Assembly (NCBI GenBank): GCA_017444645.1
Contig: JAFSWG010000033.1
Coordinates: forward strand, 3,267 to 67,266
Direction of reading: 5' to 3'
Length of the DNA stretch: 64,000 bases
DNA from: Acholeplasmatales bacterium
GTDB taxonomy: Bacteria; Bacillota_I; Bacilli_A; Acholeplasmatales; Anaeroplasmataceae
The notes beneath the pieces were generated by a model. That model saw only the letters and a program-made list of their open reading frames with translations. It did no database searches and had not been told where the DNA came from. How positions within the stretch are numbered: position 1 is the first letter of the stretch; every line of letters begins with the position of its first letter. Made by a program: the position numbers and the translations under genes. Shown in pieces: positions 38,662 to 48,647 of the stretch.

Positions 38662-39132
38662 ATGACAATAAGAGAATTAAGGATTGCAAAAGGATTATCT
38701 CAAGCAAAATGTGCAGATTATTTAGCTATTCCATTAAGAACATATAAAAGATATGAAGCTGATGAGAATCGGATTAATAAAATAAAATATCAGTACATAT
38801 TAAATCGCTTAGATGAATATAATTTAATAGATGAAGAACATGGAATTCTTACGATTGAGCAAATAAGAAATGTTTGTAGTTCTATATTTAAAAAATATTC
38901 TGTTGATTTTTGTTATTTATTTGGTTCATATTCAAAGGGAACTTCAACTGAAAAAAGTGATATAGATTTACTTGTATCTATGCCAATTGACGGGCTCAAG
39001 TTTTATGAATTAATTGAGGAACTACGTGAGAATCTTAAGAAAAAAATTGATTTATTGGATATTTCTCAATTAAACAATAATAATACACTTGTTCAAGAAA
39101 TATTAAGAGATGGAGTTAAGATATATGGATAA
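38662..39132 (+). CDS. XRE-HTH fused to minimal nucleotidyltransferase (MNT) antitoxin
   Basis: IRELRIAKGLSQ..CADYLAIPLRTYKRYE HTH; YLFGSYSKG...SDIDLLV GSx10DxD motif; AGGTGA RBS before ATG 38662. Confidence 0.9.
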   Translation: MTIRELRIAKGLSQAKCADYLAIPLRTYKRYEADENRINKIKYQYILNRLDEYNLIDEEHGILTIEQIRNVCSSIFKKYSVDFCYLFGSYSKGTSTEKSDIDLLVSMPIDGLKFYELIEELRENLKKKIDLLDISQLNNNNTLVQEILRDGVKIYG

Positions 39133-39181
39133 TATAAAGAATGACTTTTATTATGTTAATAAAAGGAGAAATGTTGTATAA
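39125..39181 (+). pseudogene. Probable 5' remnant of the cognate HEPN toxin (18 codons)
   Basis: ATG overlaps the MNT stop (ATGGATAA); MDNIKNDFYYVNK then early stop; occupies the usual toxin position. Confidence 0.5.
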
Positions 39182-39214
39182 TATAAACAAATGTTTTTTA
39201 TTGGAGAAGTAATT

Positions 39215-39847
39215 ATGGAAATGAAGGGATTTATTACCTTTGAAGGTGGAGAATGTAGTGGAAAAACTACTGTAATTAACGCTATTAGCGAGGAATTTAA
39301 AAAAAGAAATATTGATTTTATTGTAACTAGAGAACCAGGTGGTATTAGAATAGCTGAAGATATTAGAAATCTAATATTAGACGTTAAAAATACTGATATG
39401 ACACCTGAATGTGAGGCATTACTTTATGCTGCAAGTCGTATGCAACATTTAACACAAAAAGTAATACCTGCAATAAAGGATAATAAAATAGTTTTATGTG
39501 ATAGATTTTTAGATTCTAGCTTAGCATATCAAGGCTATGCTAGAGGTCTTGGTATGGAAAATATATTGAATGTAAATTCGTTTGCCTTAAATTATTTACC
39601 TGAATTAACAATCTTTATTGATGTTACTCCTGAAGTAGCACTAAAAAGAATGTCCAACAAGGATAGAGGTGGCAAGTGCGATAGATTAGATCAAGAGAAA
39701 ATAGATTTCCATGAAAATGTATACAAAGGATATCATGAATTATTAAAGATGTATCCTGATAGAATTGTTAGAGTAGATGGAAATAAGTCACTTGATGAAG
39801 TAGTAAATGATTGTAAAAATATTGTTCTTAAATATATAGGAAGGTAG
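39215..39847 (+). CDS. tmk: Thymidylate kinase
   Basis: FITFEGGECSGKTT, TREPGG, LCDRFLDSSLAYQG. Confidence 0.97.
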   Translation: MEMKGFITFEGGECSGKTTVINAISEEFKKRNIDFIVTREPGGIRIAEDIRNLILDVKNTDMTPECEALLYAASRMQHLTQKVIPAIKDNKIVLCDRFLDSSLAYQGYARGLGMENILNVNSFALNYLPELTIFIDVTPEVALKRMSNKDRGGKCDRLDQEKIDFHENVYKGYHELLKMYPDRIVRVDGNKSLDEVVNDCKNIVLKYIGR

Positions 39848-39854
39848 TGTTAGC

Positions 39855-40820
39855 TTGGACATTAAAAAGGCAGTAAAAACTCAAGAAAATATCTTTAATA
39901 TGCTAAAAAAAGCTAAAGCAAATAATCGCTTGAGTCACGCTTACCTTTTTTATGGAGAAGAAGGCACAGGTAAAAAGGAAATGGCCTATGCTTTAGCTAC
40001 ATTATTATATTGTCCTAATGGTGGATGCTTAGAATGTGATGTTTGTAAAACAATATTAACTGGTAATCATATGAATATCGATTATATTGGAATTAAAGAA
40101 GACAAAAAGCTTATTTCAAAGGAACAAGTTGTTGAGCTTCAAGAAGAATTTGCTAAAACATCTCTAGTAGAAGGAACAAGAGTATATATAGTAGATGGTA
40201 TTGATACTGCAAGTAGTGCAGCTCAAAACTCATTATTAAAATTTATAGAAGAACCAATTAATAAAACACCTACAGTTGGTATATTTATCGCGAAAGAATT
40301 ATCAAATGTAGTTTCAACAATTCAATCTAGATGTATAATCGAGCATTTTAATGCAATAGACCATAAATCTAGAGCGAAGATTTTAATTGATTCTGGATAT
40401 GATGAATTATCTAGTATATTAGCTACTGGATTAACAAATAATCCAGACGAGGCAGTAGATATTATTAACAATTCTAATTTTGAAACCTTTAAGGCTGCGT
40501 TTTTAGATTTAATAAATATTCAAAAGCCTAAGGAATCAATTTATTATTATTTGAATCATATTTCTATATTTTCTAATCAAGAAAATTTAAAAGTTTTATT
40601 AACTTGGTATATGTTATTTTTAGAGGATGCTAATATTTGTATCGGCAATGATACTAATTTGATTTTATACCCATTATGTGATAAAATTATCACATATAGA
40701 AAGAAGATGGAAAATAGGCTTAGGGACTTACTTGAAATGACTCTTTCTTTATTTAAAAAATTAGATGGTAATGTTACAGCAAAGAATGTATTTCATGAGC
40801 TGATAACTAAAATTGTATAG
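39855..40820 (+). CDS. holB: DNA polymerase III delta' subunit
   Basis: RLSHAYLF.G..GTGK, zinc Cys cluster, NSLLKFIEEP, TIQSRC; follows tmk. Confidence 0.93.
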   Translation: MDIKKAVKTQENIFNMLKKAKANNRLSHAYLFYGEEGTGKKEMAYALATLLYCPNGGCLECDVCKTILTGNHMNIDYIGIKEDKKLISKEQVVELQEEFAKTSLVEGTRVYIVDGIDTASSAAQNSLLKFIEEPINKTPTVGIFIAKELSNVVSTIQSRCIIEHFNAIDHKSRAKILIDSGYDELSSILATGLTNNPDEAVDIINNSNFETFKAAFLDLINIQKPKESIYYYLNHISIFSNQENLKVLLTWYMLFLEDANICIGNDTNLILYPLCDKIITYRKKMENRLRDLLEMTLSLFKKLDGNVTAKNVFHELITKIV

Positions 40821-40828
40821 AGGTTATT

Positions 40829-41707
40829 ATGAGAGCTATAAAGGTACAATTTAAGCCTGTTGGTAAAAGATATTTCTTTGGAGTAGGTAATTTAAATGTT
40901 GCTTCAGGAGATAAAGTAGTTGTCAATACCATTAGGGGAATTGAAATGGGATATTGCGTTGGAGATATTTTTGATTTAAGTGAAAAAAGCTTAACATCAG
41001 AATTGAAAAACATCGTAAGAATCGCAACAGAAGATGATATTAATAATTATGAGAATAATAAAAGTGAACAAGATGAAATTGTAGCTAATACAAAAAGATT
41101 TGCTAAAACACATGAACTTGAAATGAAGGTTTTAGAAGCTGAATATACATTAGATAGAGCTAAACTAATTATTTATTTCGAGTCTGAAGGTAGAGTAGAT
41201 TTTAGAGATTTAGTTAAAGATTTAGCTGAAATATACCATACTAGAATTGAATTACGTCAGGTTGGAAGTAGAGATGGAGCTAAGGTATTTGGTGGAATTG
41301 GTCCATGTGGATTAATTGTATGCTGTAAAACATTTATCACACAATTTGATAATGTATCAGTAAAGATGGCTAAAAACCAAAGCTTATCATTAAACCCAGT
41401 AAAAATCAGTGGAAACTGTGGAAAGCTTCTATGCTGTATTAATTATGAGAACGAATTATATACAGAGCTTCGTAAGAATGCACCAGATATTGGTGATATA
41501 GTAGAAACTGAAAATGGTCCAGCTAAGGTACTATCTTGTGATGTTATTAATAGAAATTTAAAAGTTAAATATCAAAATGAAGAAAACTCATTTGGTTATT
41601 TAAAATTAGATGATGTTAAATTCTTACCATCAGGTAAAAAGAATAAGAATAAAACTAATAACTATGATTTAGAAGAGGAATTCGAAAATGCCCTTAATTT
41701 GGAATGA
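40829..41707 (+). CDS. ricT: PSP1-domain protein RicT/YaaT
   Basis: GRVDFRDLVKDLA...TRIELRQVG.RD, GPCG..CC, KISGNCGKLLCC. Confidence 0.93.
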   Translation: MRAIKVQFKPVGKRYFFGVGNLNVASGDKVVVNTIRGIEMGYCVGDIFDLSEKSLTSELKNIVRIATEDDINNYENNKSEQDEIVANTKRFAKTHELEMKVLEAEYTLDRAKLIIYFESEGRVDFRDLVKDLAEIYHTRIELRQVGSRDGAKVFGGIGPCGLIVCCKTFITQFDNVSVKMAKNQSLSLNPVKISGNCGKLLCCINYENELYTELRKNAPDIGDIVETENGPAKVLSCDVINRNLKVKYQNEENSFGYLKLDDVKFLPSGKKNKNKTNNYDLEEEFENALNLE

Positions 41708-42418
41708 GTTATTAGGTAGAGAAAATATAAAATTTGTCAGGATCCTGATATATTTAATTTTTCTATAGATTCAATGCTGATAGCATATTTTACAACTATT
41801 AATAAGGGTGTAAAAAATATTTGTGATTTATGTAGTGGTAATGCACCAATACCAATGTATTTAACATTAAGAACTGATGCTAAAATAGTTGGTGTTGAAG
41901 TACAAGAATATACATATAAGCTTGCAAAAATGTCAGTTGAATATAATCATTTAGAAAATCAGATTGAATTAATAAATGATAATTTAATCGGCATAAATGA
42001 AAAAATTGGAAAGCATACATTTGATTTAGTTACATGTAATCCTCCATTTTTCAAATTAGGAAGCCATAATATTAATCCAACCGATGCTAAAGCAATTGCA
42101 AGACATGAAATTCTTGCAACACTTGATGATATATGTAAAGAAGCATCATTGTTATTAAATTCAAAAGGTAGATTTTCAATGGTTCATAGACCTGATAGAT
42201 TAATGGAGATAATTGATACATTAAGAAAATATCATATTGAACCAAAAAGATTACAACTAGTTTATCCTAGGATGAATAGTGAATGTAATCATATATTAAT
42301 TGAAGGTATAAAGGATGGTAGTGAAGGTTCATTAAGAATACTTCCTCCACTTTATGTTTATAAAGAAGATGGTAAATGGACTGATGAGGTCTTAAAAATT
42401 TATAATTACGAGGAGTGA
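41688..42418 (+). pseudogene. tRNA1(Val) A37 N6-methyltransferase (YabB/TrmN6) with a 1-nt frameshift near codon 15
   Basis: DLCSGNA, VTCNPPFF, IARHE, MVHRPDRL; N-terminus MPLIWNELLGRENIK from ATG 41688 (GAGG RBS) is out of frame with ICQDPDIFNFSIDS; could be a sequencing error. Confidence 0.7.
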
Positions 42419-42423
42419 TAGAA

Positions 42424-42831
42424 ATGTTTTTAAGTTTATTAAACAAAAAGGAAATGCTTAAGTTTATGGATTTAGCTATCTATATGGTTGATATTGATGG
42501 TGAACCAACAGATGTTGAAAAAAGATTATTACATAAGCTAATGGCAGAATTAGAACCAGTAAAGGACGAATATACATTCCGTTTAACAGATACTGCTGAA
42601 AATACAATTAAGTTCTTTAAAGAATCAAATCCAGTTGTTAAGAATGTTGTATATTTAAATCTTGTTATGATTTCAATGCAAGATGATTTATATAATACAA
42701 CTGAATTATTATTCCTAGAAAAAATTCAAAAGGAATTAGATATTTCAGCAGAAAAGAGAAGAGAATTAATTTCTGTTGTTTATGCTGAACGTGACTTAAG
42801 AGAAAAGACTATTCGTATTTTAAAGAACTAA
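42424..42831 (+). CDS. Hypothetical protein, TerB-like
   Basis: Two acidic repeats DIDGEPTDVE and QDDLYNTTE in an all-helical protein; GAGGAG RBS. Confidence 0.55.
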   Translation: MFLSLLNKKEMLKFMDLAIYMVDIDGEPTDVEKRLLHKLMAELEPVKDEYTFRLTDTAENTIKFFKESNPVVKNVVYLNLVMISMQDDLYNTTELLFLEKIQKELDISAEKRRELISVVYAERDLREKTIRILKN

Positions 42832-43673
42832 TGAGAATTAGAAGCTTTGAAGAAAAACAAGGTATTTTATATCTTGTAGCAACTCCTATTGGTAATATGT
42901 CAGATATTACCCTAAGAGCTATAGAAATATTAAAAAGTGTTGATAAGATATATGCTGAAGATACTAGAAATTCTATTAATCTTTTAAAGCATTATAATAT
43001 CACAACTCATCTTGAGTCATATCATGAATTCAATCAAGAAACTAAAACTCTTGATGTTGTTAATGAAATAAAATCAGGATTAAATATCGCATTAATTTCT
43101 GATGCAGGCTTGCCTGTAATATCTGATCCCGGATATAAAATTGTAAAAGAAGCAAGAAAAGAAGGATTAAGAGTTTCAACCATTCCTGGTCCTTCAGCTG
43201 GAATAAGTGCTTTAATAGCTTCTGGAATAGCACCAATGCCATATACATTTTATGGTTTTTTGGATTCTAAACAATCTAAAAGAATATCTGAGCTTAATGA
43301 TTTAAAATATGTTAATCATACAATTATTTTTTATGAAGCTCCTCATAGATTAAAAGATACATTAACTGATATGTATGAGGTTTTAGGAAATAGAAATATT
43401 TGTATTGCTAGAGAATTAACTAAAACATTTGAAGAATATATTGAAACTACATTAAGTGACGCTTTGAATTTAGATACATTAAAAGGTGAAATAGTATTAA
43501 TTCTTGAAGGTTATAAAGAAAATAATGATGAATCAATTAATCCTATGGAAAGAATTGATGAATTAATTAAACTAGGCTATAAGCCGAATGAAGCAATTAA
43601 AGAAACTGCAAAACAATTGAATAAGGATAGAAAAGAATTATATAAAGAATATTCTGATTATAAAAATAAATAG
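42831..43673 (+). CDS. rsmI: 16S rRNA C1402 2'-O-methyltransferase
   Basis: LYLVATPIGNMSDITLRA, AEDTR, SDAGLPVISDPG, FYEAPHR, ARELTK.FEE. Confidence 0.97.
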   Translation: MRIRSFEEKQGILYLVATPIGNMSDITLRAIEILKSVDKIYAEDTRNSINLLKHYNITTHLESYHEFNQETKTLDVVNEIKSGLNIALISDAGLPVISDPGYKIVKEARKEGLRVSTIPGPSAGISALIASGIAPMPYTFYGFLDSKQSKRISELNDLKYVNHTIIFYEAPHRLKDTLTDMYEVLGNRNICIARELTKTFEEYIETTLSDALNLDTLKGEIVLILEGYKENNDESINPMERIDELIKLGYKPNEAIKETAKQLNKDRKELYKEYSDYKNK

Positions 43674-43686
43674 GGGGGGAATTAAA

Positions 43687-44193
43687 ATGGCTAATGATTT
43701 CGATGGCTATATTAAAAATATAAGCTATGATGATTTTATTAAATTATTTGATTCTTTAGATACTGGTTTAGTTTATATTGGAGGAGATTGGTGCTTTCAT
43801 TGTAACAATGTAATTGATATTGTTGTAGAAGAAGCAAAAAAACAAAAGCTTCCATTTATTTATGGCTATGATCCTATTTTTACTAATGTTTATGGTGAAA
43901 AAGAAGATTTAAGAGATTGTAAGAGCTTAGAGATTAAGCTTAAATATTATGCAATAGTTGAAAAATCTCATTTTAAATCAAAAGAATTAGTAAAGGATAC
44001 ATTAATTCCAAAGATTCATGTTCCATTCTTTATGGCAATTAGAAATGGCAGCTGTGTAGGATATTATACAATTGAATTAATTAAAGAAAATGGAATATTA
44101 CATTTAGAAAATGATACTGAAGATAAAACAGAAGAATTTAAGAATAATATTAAAGATTTAATTTCTAAAATCGAATATGAAAAATTATTCTAA
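43687..44193 (+). CDS. Thioredoxin-fold protein
   Basis: VYIGGDWCFHC CxxC motif; HVP cis-Pro loop. Confidence 0.7.
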   Translation: MANDFDGYIKNISYDDFIKLFDSLDTGLVYIGGDWCFHCNNVIDIVVEEAKKQKLPFIYGYDPIFTNVYGEKEDLRDCKSLEIKLKYYAIVEKSHFKSKELVKDTLIPKIHVPFFMAIRNGSCVGYYTIELIKENGILHLENDTEDKTEEFKNNIKDLISKIEYEKLF

Positions 44194-44197
44194 TTAT

Positions 44198-44217
44198 AGG
44201 AGCCTTGGCTCCTTTAT
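44198..44217 (+). terminator. Short intrinsic terminator
   Basis: AGGAGC-cttg-GCTCCT then TTAT. Confidence 0.6.
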
Positions 44218-44299
44218 CTATTTAATAAATAGATTAATTGATTAATTATGTTAATTTTGATATAATCAATAAGAATATTATAAAGACGGAGGTCTTAGA

Positions 44300-46231
44300 A
44301 TGGAAAATAAGAAATTTTATTTAACTACCGCAATCGCATATACTTCATCTAAACCACATATTGGTAATGTATATGAAGCAATTCTTGCAGATTGCATTGT
44401 AAGATATAAGAAAAAAGATGGCTATGATACATATTTCCAAACTGGAACTGATGAGCATGGTCAAAAGATAGAACAAAAGGCTATTAAGGCAGGAACTACA
44501 CCTAAAGCTCATGTTGATAAGGTATCTAAGGAATTAAGAGATACTTATGATATGATGAATGTTAAATATGATCATTTCATTAGAACAACTGATAAAGATC
44601 ATGAAAAGATTGTTGCTGAAGCATTTGAAAAGATGTTAGCTAAAGGTGACATTTATAAAGGAAAATATGAAGGATATTATTGTGTAGATTGTGAATCATA
44701 TTTTACTGAAAAAGATTTAGTTGATGGATGCTGTCCTGACTGTGGTGCCAAGGTTACTAAAAATAGTGAAGAATGCTATTTCTTAAAGCTTGAGCCATAT
44801 AGAGAAAGACTATTAAATTATATTAATGATAATCCAAAATTCATTCAACCAGAATCAAGAAAGAATGAAATGATTAACAATTTCTTGAAGAATCCTATTC
44901 CTGATTTATGTGTATCTAGAACATCATATAAATGGGGTATTCAAGTTATTTCAGATCCTAAGCATGTAATTTATGTTTGGATTGATGCCCTAATGAACTA
45001 TGTTACCGGTTTAGGTTATGATGTTAATGGTAATCATGGTGAATTATATAAGAAATATTGGCCATGTGATGTTCATCTAATTGGTAAAGATATTTTAAGA
45101 TTCCATACAATTTATTGGCCAATTATGTTAATGTCATTAGATTTACCTTTACCTAAACAAGTATTTGGTCATCCATGGATTTTAACTAATCATAATAAAA
45201 TGTCTAAATCAAAGAATAATGTATTATATACTGATGATTTAACATCATATTTTGGTGTTGATGCAGTTAGATATTATGTATTACATGAAATACCATTTGC
45301 ACAAGACGGTAATATTACATATGAATTAGTATGTGAAAGAACTAATTCAGATTTAGCTAATACATATGGTAATTTAGTTAATAGAACAATTGCCATGGTA
45401 AAGAAATACTTCGGTGATGCTAAAATCACTAAGGGTACTAAGACAGATTTCGATGATGAATTAATTAATCAAATTAATGAATCAGTTAAGAATTATAAAG
45501 GTTTAATGGATCAATTTAGAGTAGCTGATGCGTTAGAGGAAGCAATGAAATTATTACGTCAAGCTAATAAATTCATTGATGAAACAGCTCCTTGGGCTTT
45601 AGCAAAGGATGAATCCAAAAAAGATTTGTTATTAAATGTTTTATATAATTTATTAGAATCTATTAGAATTGGTACAGTATTATTAGAACCAGCTATTCCT
45701 GAAACAGCTAAAAAGGTATATACAGCATTAAATACAAATTTAACAGAATTTAAGGATTTAGATTTTGGTACTAATAAGGAATATGAAATTTCTAAATGTG
45801 ATGTATTATTCCAAAGATTAGATGTTAATGAAATAATGGAAAAGGTAGCTTTAGCTGAAGAAGCAAAGCAAAAAGCTTTAGAAGCAGCAGCTACACCTGC
45901 AACACCTGAAATTTCTATTGAGGATTTTGAGAAAATCAATTTAGTAGTAGGTGAAATATTAGAAGCTAAAAAGCATCCAAAGGCTGATAAACTTTTAGTA
46001 TTTAAGATTAATATTGGTACAGAAGTAAGACAAATAGTTTCTGGTATAGCTAAATTCTATGAACCTGAAAAATTAGTTGGTAAAAAGGTTATTGTAGTTA
46101 AGAATCTTAAAGCAATTAAATTAAGAGGGGAAGAATCTCATGGTATGTTACTATGTGGTTCTGATGAAGCAGATTCATATTTAGAATTAGTTAATATAGC
46201 TGATTGTAAGCCAGGAGATATAGTAAGATAA
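44300..46231 (+). CDS. metG: Methionine--tRNA ligase with C-terminal tRNA-binding domain
   Basis: PHIGN, TGTDEHGQK, YVWIDAL, KMSKS, HPKADKL. Confidence 0.98.
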   Translation: MENKKFYLTTAIAYTSSKPHIGNVYEAILADCIVRYKKKDGYDTYFQTGTDEHGQKIEQKAIKAGTTPKAHVDKVSKELRDTYDMMNVKYDHFIRTTDKDHEKIVAEAFEKMLAKGDIYKGKYEGYYCVDCESYFTEKDLVDGCCPDCGAKVTKNSEECYFLKLEPYRERLLNYINDNPKFIQPESRKNEMINNFLKNPIPDLCVSRTSYKWGIQVISDPKHVIYVWIDALMNYVTGLGYDVNGNHGELYKKYWPCDVHLIGKDILRFHTIYWPIMLMSLDLPLPKQVFGHPWILTNHNKMSKSKNNVLYTDDLTSYFGVDAVRYYVLHEIPFAQDGNITYELVCERTNSDLANTYGNLVNRTIAMVKKYFGDAKITKGTKTDFDDELINQINESVKNYKGLMDQFRVADALEEAMKLLRQANKFIDETAPWALAKDESKKDLLLNVLYNLLESIRIGTVLLEPAIPETAKKVYTALNTNLTEFKDLDFGTNKEYEISKCDVLFQRLDVNEIMEKVALAEEAKQKALEAAATPATPEISIEDFEKINLVVGEILEAKKHPKADKLLVFKINIGTEVRQIVSGIAKFYEPEKLVGKKVIVVKNLKAIKLRGEESHGMLLCGSDEADSYLELVNIADCKPGDIVR

Positions 46232-46232
46232 T

Positions 46233-46312
46233 TAAAAGGGATGCGACATCGCATCCCTTTTATGATACTAAAGTATCTAAGTCATATTCATTTAATAATG
46301 GATATATTTTCT
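46233..46312. repeat. 80-bp direct repeat, left copy (bidirectional terminator plus displaced hflX 3' end)
   Basis: 77/80 identical to 48568-48647; minus strand reads KIYPLLNEYDLDTLVS-stop. Confidence 0.95.
46234..46261. terminator. Bidirectional terminator after metG
   Basis: AAAAGGGATGCG-acat-CGCATCCCTTTT. Confidence 0.9.
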
Positions 46313-46527
46313 AATTAATTGGAATATCATCCCTTTTAATATTAATTTAAAAATGATAAAATAATTATGTGTTTTGTATGTGCACTTGTTACATTTGTTT
46401 TTTGGAGTAAATTGTTTTGCAAATGATATCAATCATGGTGGTGGGGTGATCAAGAATTATGGAATTTAACTTCTACTGCATATTTTGTTTCCAACATTAG
46501 TATAGGATTGAGGTATTATAACTAATT

Positions 46528-48570
46528 ATGATAGAATTAAAAAATATATCTAAATCATATAATAACCAAATATTGTTTGATAATGTTTCGTTTGAATTTA
46601 ATAACAATGGATTTTATCTAATTGGTGGCGAAAGTGGTATTGGAAAAACAACTTTATTGAATATTCTATCAGGACTAGATTTTAATTTTACAGGAAATGT
46701 TATCTATAATAGTGTTACTCAAACTAATAAAAATATTAATGATTTAAGAAGAAGTGAATATGGATTTATATTCCAAGAAATAAATTTGATTCCTGAACTT
46801 AATGTTTATGATAATATAGTCTTGTCTTTACATTTAAAATCTGAAAAAATTATCAAGGAAAAAGTAATTGAGATATTAAGAAAAGTAAGATTAGAAGGGT
46901 ATGAAAAGAAAAAGATAAATGAACTATCGGGCGGCGAAAAACAAAGAGTTGCAATAGCTAGAGCATTAATTAAAGAGCCCAAGGTAGTATTTGCTGATGA
47001 ACCAACTGGTATGTTGGACAAAGAAAATGCATTAATAATCTATGAAATATTAAAAGAAATATCACAAAATAGGTTAGTTGTAATGGTTAGTCATGATGTA
47101 GAAACTGCAAAATCTTTTTCTGATTATTATATTCAAATAATAAATAAAAATATTGTTTGCGATAGAATATCGTATAATGATAATCCAACTGAAAACGTCA
47201 ACAAAAAAGTAAAAAAAAGTCATTTAAGTTTTTTATTCTTTATAAAACTAGGTATTACCTATTTAAAAATCAAACCTATAATGTTTATTTTTTCAATTTT
47301 ATTGTCTATTTTTTCCATTGCTTTTTTAGGAATTTCGTTTTCTATATCGAGTTATAACGGTATTGATTATGAATCAAATATTATATTATCGTCTAATTAT
47401 GATACTTTTGCTTTGTATAAAAACAAAAGTAATGGAAATTCCATTTATCAAACAGTAATAGATAATGATAGCTTATTAAAATTTAATAATGATCTCAATT
47501 CAAATTTTAAAGGCGTTAAAATGATTTATAATTGTGATATAAATTTTTCTGAGAAAATTAATTATTTAGAAAATTATAATGCTGTAATTACGAATTCATT
47601 GTCAGGACTATCATATATATCACAAAGTATGATAGATGATAATGGGTATATTTTATATGGAAGATTGCCTGAAAATGCAGATGAAATTGTTATAACAGAA
47701 TATTTTTATCAATCATTTTTAGAACTTGGATATATCGATTCATATAATAACGTTATAAAAACCCCATCTAAAGATGAAATTTTAAATAAAAATATAACTT
47801 TGAGTTATAGTTTAGTAAGCAATGATTCTAAAAATTATAAGATATGTGGTATTTTAGATACTAAATTTAATTATGAGAAATATAGTGAATTTTTAAATTA
47901 TGAAAAGAATAAGAAATACGATACAGCTTTATATAATGAATTGAATAGCTATAAGCAATGCAGCATACATTCGATTGCTTATGTAACTAAACAAGAATAT
48001 GAATCGTTTAATAAATTTGATTTTATAATTGATTATATGCCGAAAAACATTGACAAATTAAAACAATATATATATTATTTTTCCAATTCCAATGATTATA
48101 TGTATACTTTTGTTTTACCTACAAGTTATTGGTTTAATAATGTTGATTCAATGAGTAATATAATTAAAAATATATGTTTGATAGTAGGAATTGTTTTCCT
48201 TATATTTTCAATGATTTTATTAATCACAATATTTAATAATTTGATTGCTCACAAAAATAAAGATATTGGAATAATGCGTGCTTTTGGAGCAAAAACCAAA
48301 TCAATTATAGAAATTTTTATGATAGAAGCATTAATTTTATTTATTATTAGTATTGTATCTTCATCTATTATTTCTCCAATAGTTTTAGATATAATTAACA
48401 AAAATATTAATTTTGATTATTATTTAATTGCTAAGCCATTTAATTTTAAAATTATAAATTTTATAGAGCTTGTATGCGTTGAATTTATATGCTGTACAAT
48501 TTCTTTAATTTTGCCTTTGGTTAAAATTTTAAAAAGAAATACAATTGAAATAATAAATAAAATAGACTAA
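46528..48570 (+). CDS. MacB/FtsX-type ABC transporter, ATPase-permease fusion
   Basis: GESGIGKTT, LSGGEKQRVAIARAL, ADEPTG, TM, large extracellular loop, KDIGIMRAFGA FtsX motif. Confidence 0.9.
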   Translation: MIELKNISKSYNNQILFDNVSFEFNNNGFYLIGGESGIGKTTLLNILSGLDFNFTGNVIYNSVTQTNKNINDLRRSEYGFIFQEINLIPELNVYDNIVLSLHLKSEKIIKEKVIEILRKVRLEGYEKKKINELSGGEKQRVAIARALIKEPKVVFADEPTGMLDKENALIIYEILKEISQNRLVVMVSHDVETAKSFSDYYIQIINKNIVCDRISYNDNPTENVNKKVKKSHLSFLFFIKLGITYLKIKPIMFIFSILLSIFSIAFLGISFSISSYNGIDYESNIILSSNYDTFALYKNKSNGNSIYQTVIDNDSLLKFNNDLNSNFKGVKMIYNCDINFSEKINYLENYNAVITNSLSGLSYISQSMIDDNGYILYGRLPENADEIVITEYFYQSFLELGYIDSYNNVIKTPSKDEILNKNITLSYSLVSNDSKNYKICGILDTKFNYEKYSEFLNYEKNKKYDTALYNELNSYKQCSIHSIAYVTKQEYESFNKFDFIIDYMPKNIDKLKQYIYYFSNSNDYMYTFVLPTSYWFNNVDSMSNIIKNICLIVGIVFLIFSMILLITIFNNLIAHKNKDIGIMRAFGAKTKSIIEIFMIEALILFIISIVSSSIISPIVLDIINKNINFDYYLIAKPFNFKIINFIELVCVEFICCTISLILPLVKILKRNTIEIINKID

Positions 48571-48647
48571 AAGGGATGCGGTATCGCATCCCTTTTATGA
48601 TACTAAAGTATCTAAGTCATATTCACTTAATAATGGATATATTTTCT
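48568..48647. repeat. 80-bp direct repeat, right copy (terminator plus functional hflX 3' end)
   Basis: 77/80 identical to 46233-46312. Confidence 0.95.

Larger units (their letters stand above)
46233..48647. mobile_element. Small integrase-less islet inserted at the hflX 3' end
   Basis: Flanking 80-bp direct repeats 2335 bp apart; one very AT-rich cargo gene; no recombinase inside. Confidence 0.65.

Noticed and set aside
44194-44299. T-box or SAM riboswitch upstream of metG
   Set aside because: Interval is about 100 nt, holds a terminator and promoter, and has no T-box or S-box consensus.
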